A stretch of DNA of 41,940 bases from sequence record LR756500.1. One strand, given 5' to 3'. Both the position numbers and the translations under genes were made by a program. Below the pieces are notes generated by a model that was given only the letters and a program-made list of their open reading frames with translations, did not search any database and was not told the DNA's origin. Shown here piece by piece: positions 28,195 through 38,000 of this stretch (position 1 is its first letter; each line of letters starts with the position of its first letter).

Positions 28195-28821
28195 TTATAA
28201 AAAACATATTATATTATCCGTCAAACTTAGTCCATTTTTTATAGATTTTTCCATAATTTTACTATCCTTTGTGAGAATCATAAAGGGATGATTCTCAGTA
28301 ACATTGATAGTTTTTCCATCTTCTAATTCTATTTCATATAAATCATCAATTTTATCAGAAATTATTTCACATGTATCATTTTCTAATTTTCCAGTTTCAG
28401 TATTCATAGAAATACAATCATATATAGTATTTTTTTCTAAATTTTTTAATTTTATAGATTTCCAATTATTAAGTTTACCTATTCTTACCTTTTCATCTTC
28501 TTGTAAACATTCGTCTAGAATAACAACTTTAAGTTTTCCAGGTTCATCCATTATTGATCTAGTAGAACAAAAATCTGTTATTTTTTCTCTAACAACATCT
28601 ACTGATGTTTCTTTAGATGAATTAATATAAATATATGGATATCCAAATTCTTTAACAATAGCTTTAGCAACAGAAGTTTTACCTAAACCCGGACTTCCAT
28701 AAAATAAATAATTTTGAAGTTGACCAGATTTGAATTTTTCCTTTAAAAAATTTGGAACTACTATGTCATCTATTTTTGTTGGACGATATTTTTCTGTCCA
28801 TAATATTTCAGATATCTTCAT
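28195..28821 (-). CDS. Clamp loader (gp44/RFC-like) N-terminal part (aa 1-104) + split-intein IntN (aa 105-208)
   Basis: LWTEKYRP, Walker A GSPGLGKT, Walker B VILDE|C, intein block B VTENHPF. Confidence 0.92.
   Translation of the reverse strand: MKISEILWTEKYRPTKIDDIVVPNFLKEKFKSGQLQNYLFYGSPGLGKTSVAKAIVKEFGYPYIYINSSKETSVDVVREKITDFCSTRSIMDEPGKLKVVILDECLQEDEKVRIGKLNNWKSIKLKNLEKNTIYDCISMNTETGKLENDTCEIISDKIDDLYEIELEDGKTINVTENHPFMILTKDSKIMEKSIKNGLSLTDNIICFL
28198..28509 (-). mobile_element. Split intein N-fragment of clamp loader (104 aa)
   Basis: CLQEDEKV block A, LYEIELEDGKTINVTENHPF block B. Confidence 0.9.
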
Positions 28822-29199
28822 TTATTCAGGTATAAAGCTTCTTAATAAAAAAATGTTATTTGACATTGAATATGTATAAACATAGACTTCTTTTTGATTT
28901 TTTAAATATTCAATCATTTCATCTAAATCTTTAAATTGATTAGATTGACAAATATAATTTCTAATTGTATTATCTTTTTGTTTAAATTGTGCTACAGGCT
29001 GTTCAACTATTTTAACATTATATAATCTTGAAATTGTATCTGCAATATAATCTAATAAATCAAAATTTACATTATTAGAATTAATTAAAGACATACTATA
29101 TAATAGAAATCTTTTTCTTTCAACAGTATATAGTTGTTCATTTGTATATTTTACTTTTTGATGATATAAAACATCATCTATTATTTCATTTTGTAACAT
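28822..29199 (-). CDS. Hypothetical protein
   Basis: 125 aa, stop abuts clamp-loader ATG. Confidence 0.65.
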   Translation of the reverse strand: MLQNEIIDDVLYHQKVKYTNEQLYTVERKRFLLYSMSLINSNNVNFDLLDYIADTISRLYNVKIVEQPVAQFKQKDNTIRNYICQSNQFKDLDEMIEYLKNQKEVYVYTYSMSNNIFLLRSFIPE

Positions 29200-29261
29200 T
29201 TATTTGAATTTTAAATTATTAATATTAATATAATTATATGCAAAAATAATTTTTTGTTTCA

Positions 29262-29960
29262 CTATTTATCTAGTATTTCTAAAGCCTCTTTAGTTCTATC
29301 CATCCCGTCTTTTAGTTTTTCAAGTGATTCTGTTATATCTTGACCTTTAGTTATTTTGTATTTATAATTAACTGCTCTAACATAATCAGAAGCTTTAACA
29401 TCGCATTCTTCTTCAACTTTTCCACCTTTATCTAATTTAATTTGATCGGCTAAAGCACAAATAGTTGCTTGTTTATCACATGCTCTATCTAGTAAAGCTT
29501 TTAATATATCTTTAGGTTCAGTAGGCAAATCATAATCAAAAAGAGCTTTCCAATTATCTTCTACCATTTTTTTTCTTTTTTTATCTAATTGCCAATCTAT
29601 GTCTTCTAGAAGAAATTCTCCATGATAATCACGATCATCATTCACGGGTACAATTCGTAAACCTCTGTCCCTTAAATAAATATTTAAATCTAAATCATAA
29701 CCTACGAAACTTAATAACAAGTATGCATCTGCAATATGATCTGCTAATATTTTTGCTCTAGGCGGGGTATTTTCATTAGGCCATCCTCCTAAATAATATT
29801 TGATATCTTTTGCATATCTAAATTCTTTAGGATCTCTATTAAAAAATCCTTTATAAATTCTACTAAGAGTAGATAACTCTTTATTATGATCTTCATTAAT
29901 TTCATATCTAATTAAACTACCATCTTCAATTTCTTTTTCGTAAACTTTTTCGTTTTTCAT
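29262..29960 (-). CDS. Hypothetical protein; C-terminal half faintly like T4 DsbA/GapR-type dsDNA-binding helices
   Basis: ORF is solid; resemblance (LLDRACDKQATI..ADQIK..EEECDV..YVRAVNYKYK) is weak and by eye only. Confidence 0.5.
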   Translation of the reverse strand: MKNEKVYEKEIEDGSLIRYEINEDHNKELSTLSRIYKGFFNRDPKEFRYAKDIKYYLGGWPNENTPPRAKILADHIADAYLLLSFVGYDLDLNIYLRDRGLRIVPVNDDRDYHGEFLLEDIDWQLDKKRKKMVEDNWKALFDYDLPTEPKDILKALLDRACDKQATICALADQIKLDKGGKVEEECDVKASDYVRAVNYKYKITKGQDITESLEKLKDGMDRTKEALEILDK

Positions 29961-30045
29961 AATATAANNNNNNNNNNNNNNNNNNNNNTTTAATTTATAT
30001 GCAAAATATTTAATTTGTTACATGGAATATATATTAAAATAGCTG

Positions 30046-30840
30046 ATGAAATACAAATTTGAAAAAAATAGATTTTATAGAAAAGTTTTAGTTGAACCTT
30101 TAACAACTATAACTGTTAAAGAAATTAATATGGATAATTTAGATAGAAAACGAAAAGTAATTGATATTCCTAAAAGAGAACCAATAAGACAAGAAGTAGA
30201 TAGAGCTAATAGAGCAAAATTTTCAAATACTTATAAAAAAATTGATACATTAAATCCAATATTTAAAGATAAAACAATATTTATAATAGGTGGAGGTCCT
30301 TCTTTATTAAATTTCGATTTTTCTGTGTTAAAAGATAAATTTGTTATTGCAATTAATAAAGCATTTTTAACATATCCGAATGCTGATGTATTATATTGGA
30401 CTGATTCAAGATTTTATAAGTGGTTTGAAACTGATATAAATAAATTTAAAGGTTTAAAAATTACTAATAAGCCAAGACCCGCTGTTAATGATATTATTAA
30501 TTTAAGAGATACTGGAAGGGATGGATTAGAATTAAAACCTGATGGAATAAGACATGGAAATAATTCTGGTTATGCTGCAATTAATGTTGCAATACACTTG
30601 GGCGCAAAGAATATAATTTTATTAGGTTATGATATGGAATCAAAGGGAAATAAAACTCATTTTCATGATGGATATCAAATTAAACATAATCCTAGAATAT
30701 ATGAAAATAATATGATGCCTCATTTTAATACATTAATTAAACCTTTAGAAGAAAAAGGTGTTAAAGTATGGAATATAAATAAAGATTCTAAATTAAGATG
30801 TTTTCCTTTTTGCACACTATTGGAAGCACTAAATTTTTAA
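30046..30840 (+). CDS. DUF115/MptE-like (sialyltransferase-related Rossmann fold) protein
   Basis: IFIIGGGPSL, IAINKA, NSGYAAINVAIHLGAKNIILLGYDM, HFHDGY. Confidence 0.8.
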   Translation: MKYKFEKNRFYRKVLVEPLTTITVKEINMDNLDRKRKVIDIPKREPIRQEVDRANRAKFSNTYKKIDTLNPIFKDKTIFIIGGGPSLLNFDFSVLKDKFVIAINKAFLTYPNADVLYWTDSRFYKWFETDINKFKGLKITNKPRPAVNDIINLRDTGRDGLELKPDGIRHGNNSGYAAINVAIHLGAKNIILLGYDMESKGNKTHFHDGYQIKHNPRIYENNMMPHFNTLIKPLEEKGVKVWNINKDSKLRCFPFCTLLEALNF

Positions 30841-31334
30841 CGATTTCTTTTGGTATATTTAATGTAATTTTGATGTTCTTCTTTTAATAGATTTTTGCAA
30901 TATAACGTAAAATTTACTGATGATTCTATTACTTTTTTATCAATTTTAAATCTCACCTTATAGTATGCGTGTCNNNNNNNNNNNNNNNNNNNNNATTTAG
31001 GTTTTCTTTCATACATATTTATAATAATATCTTTATTGCATATAGCACAATACCATTCTATATTATCATAATCTACTTCTATATCACTATACGTAGTTAT
31101 TTTATTTTGATAAGGATTAAACCAATATTTTCTATTTCCTTTATGTAAAGATTCCATATCGGCTATACGAAAAAGTATATGAAGAGTATGATCATCTTCA
31201 GATACTTTTTTTATGAATTTATTATTTTTTAAAAGATCTTTTTGAACTTTAGGTAATGGATCTGTTAATATACCATATTTTCTATGAAACCATCCAAAAT
31301 TTAATCTTTTAATTTTATATAATCTGTTATACAT
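30837..31334 (-). CDS. Hypothetical protein with possible Zn ribbon
   Basis: WYCAIC; second pair may be in N-run 30974-30994. Confidence 0.65.
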   Translation of the reverse strand: MYNRLYKIKRLNFGWFHRKYGILTDPLPKVQKDLLKNNKFIKKVSEDDHTLHILFRIADMESLHKGNRKYWFNPYQNKITTYSDIEVDYDNIEWYCAICNKDIIINMYERKPKXXXXXXXXHAYYKVRFKIDKKVIESSVNFTLYCKNLLKEEHQNYIKYTKRNR

Positions 31335-32123
31335 TTACCAACGACTAAAAAATTTTCTTCTTCTTGTATTTTTACCTGTTAAATCTCTACCTCCTGGACC
31401 TATTACAGCATTTTGTTTTCTTGTATCTTCAGCTTTTTTTGCAACTTGATATGTAGCTACATGTTTTTCTTTACTAAATCCTTGTTGTATATTTTCAAGT
31501 CTTTTCTTTTCTAATTCTCTATATTTTTTTTCTTCTTCAGCTTCAAATCCTTTTTCTATATCCTCAAGTCTTTTTTTTTCAAGTTCTTTAATTGCTTTTT
31601 CGTCTTCTTTCATTTTAATATTAACTTCTTTTGTATCAGATGCAATAATTCCCATCTTTTCAGTATTTTGTCTCATAAGTTCTTTTCTTTCTTCTCCTTC
31701 TGCAATTTTAACTCTTTCGTTATTTACTCTTAATTGACCTTTTAATCTAGAAATTCTTTGAACTTTTCTTAAATATTCATTACTGCCTGCAATTTCTAAA
31801 GCTTCTGCTTCATATTCTTTAGCATTATCTTCTAATGCATCTAATTTAGTTTGAAGTAATGCCCACATTCTTTCAATATTAGGTTTTTTTCCTTCACTGA
31901 AAGCTCTTTCAATTTGTCTTCTTTGATCAATTTCTTGTCTTGCTGCTTTTAATCTTAATAAATTAGCTTTTTCTTGAAGATTTTTAACTTTAGGAGCATA
32001 AATAAACCAGTCACTTATTCTACCTTCATTTAATTGATTATTAAATAAATCAATTAAAGTATTTATTAACTCTTCATTAAAAGATTCTTCTATATGATTT
32101 TCATATGTTTCTAAAAACTTCAT
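31335..32123 (-). CDS. Coiled-coil protein with CTS-like leader MKFLETYENHIEES
   Basis: E/K/R-rich heptads, LNEG motif, late-promoter-like motif at 32139-32147. Confidence 0.7.
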   Translation of the reverse strand: MKFLETYENHIEESFNEELINTLIDLFNNQLNEGRISDWFIYAPKVKNLQEKANLLRLKAARQEIDQRRQIERAFSEGKKPNIERMWALLQTKLDALEDNAKEYEAEALEIAGSNEYLRKVQRISRLKGQLRVNNERVKIAEGEERKELMRQNTEKMGIIASDTKEVNIKMKEDEKAIKELEKKRLEDIEKGFEAEEEKKYRELEKKRLENIQQGFSKEKHVATYQVAKKAEDTRKQNAVIGPGGRDLTGKNTRRRKFFSRW

Positions 32124-32138
32124 GTAAATGTATTTTTA

Positions 32139-33032
32139 TTATATATTGGGATTTTTCATATAATTGTGTGTAGCAGTCTTACCAATATCATACCATTTAG
32201 CAATAGTTTCTTTACTAAATTCATACATACCTTTACCATCAGATAAAACATATGGCATAAATATTTTATGATTTTTAATTCCTCTTTCTTTAGATAATAA
32301 ATCCATTTTTTCTTCATCATTTTTAGATATTTCTATCATCATAATATCGAATCCTCTAAATATAGGTTTAAGAACATTAGTAGCTTTCCAATTATCTTCT
32401 ACTATCATTGCATTTTCAGGTCGTGAAAAGATAGAATAATTTTCAGTTATATTAAATTTTTCAACTAACCAATGTGATCCAATATGATCTCTTACTCCAC
32501 CATCATAATAATATTCATCATTCATTAAAACTGGTTCAACAAAAGCTGGAATGCTCGATGTAGATTTAACATTATCTAAAAATTCTTCATATGTAAGTTG
32601 TTTACAATTAGCGTATTTTCTAGATCCGGTTTTAAAACCAACTGAACATAAAAATACAGTAGGATATATTTTATTCTTTTTATAATCATTAAAACGCTTT
32701 TCAGTCATAACTTTCTTAAAAGTATTTATTAATTGATCTTGTTTTCCTAATGAAGGTTTTCCAGTTAATAATCTAACTAATGCTCTTAAAGTTATTTTTC
32801 CTTTAGAATTAACAGGTTTGTATTTTCCAAATATATCAGTTAATGTAAAATTAGTTATTAATTCTTTAACTTCATCATATAAACCCATAGCTAATGGAAC
32901 TGATAATATTCCACCAGCAGATGTACCAACTATATAATTAGGTTCATAATTATAATCACATAATAATGTAATAGCTGCACCACCTAAAGCTGCAATCTTT
33001 GTACTTCCACCTGATATTGATAAACTTTTCAT
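32139..33032 (-). CDS. Patatin-like phospholipase
   Basis: SGGSTK (oxyanion loop variant), GTSAG (GxSxG), SSIP..F, DGG. Confidence 0.9.
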   Translation of the reverse strand: MKSLSISGGSTKIAALGGAAITLLCDYNYEPNYIVGTSAGGILSVPLAMGLYDEVKELITNFTLTDIFGKYKPVNSKGKITLRALVRLLTGKPSLGKQDQLINTFKKVMTEKRFNDYKKNKIYPTVFLCSVGFKTGSRKYANCKQLTYEEFLDNVKSTSSIPAFVEPVLMNDEYYYDGGVRDHIGSHWLVEKFNITENYSIFSRPENAMIVEDNWKATNVLKPIFRGFDIMMIEISKNDEEKMDLLSKERGIKNHKIFMPYVLSDGKGMYEFSKETIAKWYDIGKTATHNYMKNPNI

Positions 33033-33046
33033 TTTATAGTTTTATT

Positions 33047-33748
33047 TTAATAATTTCCATTTTTTAATATATCTAATAGTTTAACAGAAAATTCTTGTAT
33101 TGTTGAATAACCTTCTATAATATAAGTATGATCTAAAAATCCATTATTTTCAAATGATGATCCTACTTGAGATCTAAAATAATCAAATAAACCTTCTGGA
33201 TCACCTTCTAATAAACCTTCTCTACCATAATAAATATACGATTCTCTAAGATTATGTGTTAATAATGAAACACTTTTTTCTATTTCATTTAATACTTCAT
33301 TAGCATCATTAAAATTTAATCTATTATATAATTCATACTTAGCTTTTTTATGTCTTATATCTCGTGATATTACTGAATTCATATCAAATATTTCTGCAAA
33401 AGCTATTTGTTCTTCAATATTATACACAGTATCTCTTAATTCTTTTGGGACAACAAACCATTCAGCTGCTATTAATTTTTCAATATCTGTCAATAATATC
33501 CAATTATTAGGATCTCCCATCATTTTAGTCCATACTAAAGTCATAATTTCATTACGTATAAATTTATAATCTTTATTTATACATGTTCCAAATTTATGCC
33601 AATTTTCTATTGAAGATATATCTTCATATCCTACTGTTACTGTATCTTCACATAATATAGGTTGATTTTCTCCTATTTCAGTTTTATTCCAAGTAAAAAC
33701 TTGTGATATAACAGGTTGTCCTTCTATTAAATATGCTGTTAATTTCAT
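33047..33748 (-). CDS. Hypothetical protein in fibre operon
   Basis: 233-aa ORF tightly linked to neighbours. Confidence 0.7.
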   Translation of the reverse strand: MKLTAYLIEGQPVISQVFTWNKTEIGENQPILCEDTVTVGYEDISSIENWHKFGTCINKDYKFIRNEIMTLVWTKMMGDPNNWILLTDIEKLIAAEWFVVPKELRDTVYNIEEQIAFAEIFDMNSVISRDIRHKKAKYELYNRLNFNDANEVLNEIEKSVSLLTHNLRESYIYYGREGLLEGDPEGLFDYFRSQVGSSFENNGFLDHTYIIEGYSTIQEFSVKLLDILKNGNY

Positions 33749-33765
33749 TTTAAATTTTATTTTTA

Positions 33766-35073
33766 TTAACTAACTCTCCAAAATTCATATGATGAAGAAT
33801 TAAATGTTTGAGTTACTGCCGTACTTTCGGATGCACTTCTTAATTGAAGTGTATGTGATCCAGATGTTAATGTAGTATAGAAAAAATTAGTCCATGTTAT
33901 ATCATCACTTGTATCTTTTGATTCAATTTCAACTACATCTCCTAATGCAGTTCCATCTAAATACCATCTAAATTTTGCAGAGCTACTTGTTGAATTAGTA
34001 GTAAAATTAAATTTAGTTCCTATTCTATATGTTCCTGTATTAGTAGCAGATATTGTATAGGTATAAATTACTACAGTTAAGTTATTAGTTGTATATCCGC
34101 TGTTTGAATTATTATTAATATTTGAATTATTAGTACTTTGAGAAAATGATTCTCCAAATTTTATTGAAACATTACCAGATCCTAATAAAGTTGTTCCATC
34201 AACAGTTTTTATATTTGTTCCACTAACTAAAATAACTTGATATAAAGTATCAAAATATGTTTTAAGTGTTGCTTTAATATTAGCCCATGTTAATTTTTTC
34301 TTATCATTAGTAGCAGCAGAATCTTCTATTACAGTTATATCTGCATCTACTGGAGTTGTTTTACTTGTTAAACCATTAATTTCAGAAGATGCATTTAAAT
34401 GTATTGCATTTGTATCTGTTCCTATTGAATCCAATCTACTATCGTTTCCTTGACAAACAGTTCCTGCAGTTATACCAAAATCTTTATTAAATGCAGTATT
34501 TTTAGAAAAAGCTGCTTCATAAACTCCCGTATGATTGTGATTTCCAGTAGCAACAGTACCAGCAATAGTTCCAACATTTAATGTAGCACTATCTCCTAAA
34601 CCTAAACTAGTACGAGCTGTTACATTGTTATTTAAATCACTTAAATTACTGGCTATCTTTAATTGTGCATCATTAGATACATTACTTAATCCAATATCAC
34701 TACTGTTTAATGTAATATTACTAGATAATGCTTTACTGTTTATTGTTGTTGTTTTAGGTACTTTAGTATCAGAATATGTTTTTATAGCTTTTTCAGATAC
34801 TGCCACAAGATCAGAATTAGATGATAATGTTCCATCAGCACTTAAATTTATAGCTATTGATTGAGAACTTAATTCTGTTAATGTGTTACCATTATTATCT
34901 TTAATTGTAATATATGAATTATCTATAGCATTTTGTAAATCTGCACTATCTCTAATCTCCTCTGCTGTAAATTCAGTAATAAGATTATAATCAGTAACTG
35001 GATGTGTAAATGCTATAGATCCTAAATCTTCTATTGTAACTGTTTGATTTGTTGTTAAATATATTGCTGTCAT
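33766..35073 (-). CDS. Tail-fibre-like structural protein
   Basis: T/S/N/G-rich; fibre-type motifs ARTSLGLG, GTVATGNHNH, GTVCQGNDSRL, IKTVDGTTLLGSGN; beta-rich C-terminal domain. Confidence 0.7.
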   Translation of the reverse strand: MTAIYLTTNQTVTIEDLGSIAFTHPVTDYNLITEFTAEEIRDSADLQNAIDNSYITIKDNNGNTLTELSSQSIAINLSADGTLSSNSDLVAVSEKAIKTYSDTKVPKTTTINSKALSSNITLNSSDIGLSNVSNDAQLKIASNLSDLNNNVTARTSLGLGDSATLNVGTIAGTVATGNHNHTGVYEAAFSKNTAFNKDFGITAGTVCQGNDSRLDSIGTDTNAIHLNASSEINGLTSKTTPVDADITVIEDSAATNDKKKLTWANIKATLKTYFDTLYQVILVSGTNIKTVDGTTLLGSGNVSIKFGESFSQSTNNSNINNNSNSGYTTNNLTVVIYTYTISATNTGTYRIGTKFNFTTNSTSSSAKFRWYLDGTALGDVVEIESKDTSDDITWTNFFYTTLTSGSHTLQLRSASESTAVTQTFNSSSYEFWRVS

Positions 35074-35085
35074 AATTTATTTATT

Positions 35086-38000
35086 TTATACTTCTATCAT
35101 AAATATTGAAATCGCTGGACTCTGAACTGATCCTGAAGATCCAACCAAAAATCTTAATCTTATTCTGTCTCCTGTAGATATTGAGACTGATAAATCACTT
35201 CTATAAGCATAAAAAGTATTATTTATAGATAATGTTGCAACTTCTACATTATTTACAAGTACAGAAGCAGTCCAAGTTTCATTTGTACTTGTTAAATTTG
35301 ATGCTGAAATAGATTTTAATTTACAATTAACTGGAACAACAAATGGTGATATATTTGTAGGTACTCCATCTCCATATCTCAAATCTATATCTGAATTTAC
35401 ATTAGAATTCCTTGACGCGGAAAATGTAATAGATTGTTTCTTTAAATTTTCTAGCTGTACATACTTTTTAACTCCCAATGCACCTGAATCTTCTATAAGA
35501 ATCACATCTGTTGTAGATATAGATGTTTTTTCTGTAAATGTATTAAAATCATTAGCTGAACGTTTTAATTGTGCATCATTTGTTACATTACCTAATGATA
35601 AATCAGATTTAGATAAAGTAACATTACTAGATAATGCATAACCATTTACTGTTATAGAAGTACTAACTTTACTTGATAATTTCGTATCTGTATCATCTCT
35701 AACTTCAACTATAGCAGATTGTACATTTATTGCAGTAATGTCACCATTAGGTGTAAATGGAACTTCTGATGCTATCTGATCTATAGTAGCTCCTGATTCA
35801 ATTCCATCTAATTTTGAACCATCAATGCTTAAATCTCGTCCATCAACTGTTCCAACATTTGTAATATCATTACCTCCTACATTTAAGTCTCCTGATAAGC
35901 TTCTTGTTCCATTTGCTAATAAATATTGTGGATGATCATCATTATTTAATCCTATTAACGAACTGTGATCTGTAATATTACTACTTCCTTGATATATTGT
36001 ATCAAATGCACTTTCAATAATATATCCAGTAGTAGCACCTTTTTGAACAATTATTCTACCCATAAGCATGCCATGTGATGTTATTAATGATGGCAACATG
36101 CTTATAGTTTTTGATGCTTTTGCCAAATCACTAGTAGCAAATTCTTCATTACCTAAAATAGTATAGCAGTGATCTTGTAACTCTATTCCTTTCCATAAAT
36201 AATTAATTGTCCAGTATGTATCTGTTAATGTTACTAAATTTGTACCATCATCATATTGAGTATTATTAATTACTGGAGATGTATGACTTGTTACAGTCCA
36301 AACTCCACCAACATGATAATTAAAAAATTGTCTTGTAGCTACTGATATTGGACTAATAGTATTTTCGTAAACTATACTATATACTATTCCACCGTTTGAT
36401 GTTATATTTAAAGAACTATCTACTGCTATAATATCTAATCCAGATTCTCTTCCATATCTGTTTGTATGTGCTATCCTTGCATAATTTTTGGCATCTTGTT
36501 CATAGCCATATATCGGTAACATTTGTATATGTAAATTGTTTCCAGATCTGTAGCATTCTGCATATAATAAATATCTTAAATTATGTATAATAGAATGATC
36601 GTTAGTAGTAATCCAAGTTCCTGTATCTCTATCTGCTAAAATATAATTAATATCAAGATCAATTAGAGACAAGGATGAATTTAATGCAATATTAATTCTA
36701 GATATCGATGTTTTAGCATCATTTAAAAAACTTGCAGAATTTGCAGGTACTGTACAAGTACCATCACCATTTGATGTAACTATATAATCAAAATCAAATC
36801 CAGTATTTACAGGTAAAGTTTGTATAATTGGATTAACTTGGGCGCCTTCTTCTATACCTGCAACCTTTGAAACAACTGATGATAAATCATTAGTCACTAA
36901 ATCATATGAAGCTTGACTCAAATGCATGAATGGTGATTCACCATTCATGTTGGTTAAATCATTATGACTTGTAATTGATGAAGACTGATTTGCAAATTGT
37001 CCCAATTTTGGTCTCTCATCAACTATTGAAACTATTGTAGATCCTAATGAACATATAATTCCTGCTATACGTAAAGAATAACTTAATAAAACTTCTGGAG
37101 TTATTGGATAAGATCCAATTTCAGCAGTAAGTTGAGTATCATATAATGTATTTCCATATAATACATGATACTCTGTATATTCTTCATTTTGTGTAACAAA
37201 TAAAATATCTTTTTTAAATTTTCCTAATGGAATTGCAGTTATTCCAGTATCAATATCATTATAGTTATTATCATCTATTTGTGTTTGATTTTGTATTTGA
37301 TACCAATTGCTTCCAATATTATACCAATATGTAAATGTTACATTAGTTGCAGATGACGTCAAATATCTATTATCTGATATATAATAATCACCAGCAGTTA
37401 CATCAAATGATAAAGGATCTAGATTATTGATGCTTGTTATGTTTCCTGAATTTGATAATGGTCCAAGAATTAATGATTTATATCTATGATCTCTTTCAGT
37501 TGTTTGTAATAAATCAATATAATGTTTATTTAAAAATACTATATCAGTATCATTAGTTTGAACTACTGCAAGTTCTATTTCTGTTTCATGATTAGGATGT
37601 CCTAACATAGTTCCAGCAATTCCAAGACTATTAATAAATACATATAGTCTAGCATTTAAATCAGTTATTTCAATTTCTTGTGCATCCCAATTTATTTGTG
37701 AAATTTCTCCATTATTATTTATGTATCCTTTTCCTGCATTTACATGTAAAAATAATCCACCAGTTACTGTAAAAACTTCTCCACCATTAACTCTACCAGT
37801 GCCAATAGTATCATGCATATAGCTTGATAATGGGAAAAAATTAATGTTTTCAGATTCTATATTAACAGGCCCTAAAAAAATTTCACCCATATTAACGTTG
37901 CCCTCATTTCCATTTGAAGTATCTATTGAATTTATAGTAGATTTTGTTCCAATAACTAAATCTAATTTACTTTTGGTCAAAGATCCTGAATAATATATTT

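Noticed and set aside
1130-34864. Short or N-filled alternative ORFs in the track (1130-1636, 2899-3345, 5178-5444, 7206-7388, 8658-9032, 8776-8964, 13135-13356, 16043-16258, 16632-16943, 17027-17362, 21601-21828, 28304-28630, 34625-34864)
   Set aside because: Antisense or off-frame shadows of well-supported genes, or open only because of Ns; no motifs.
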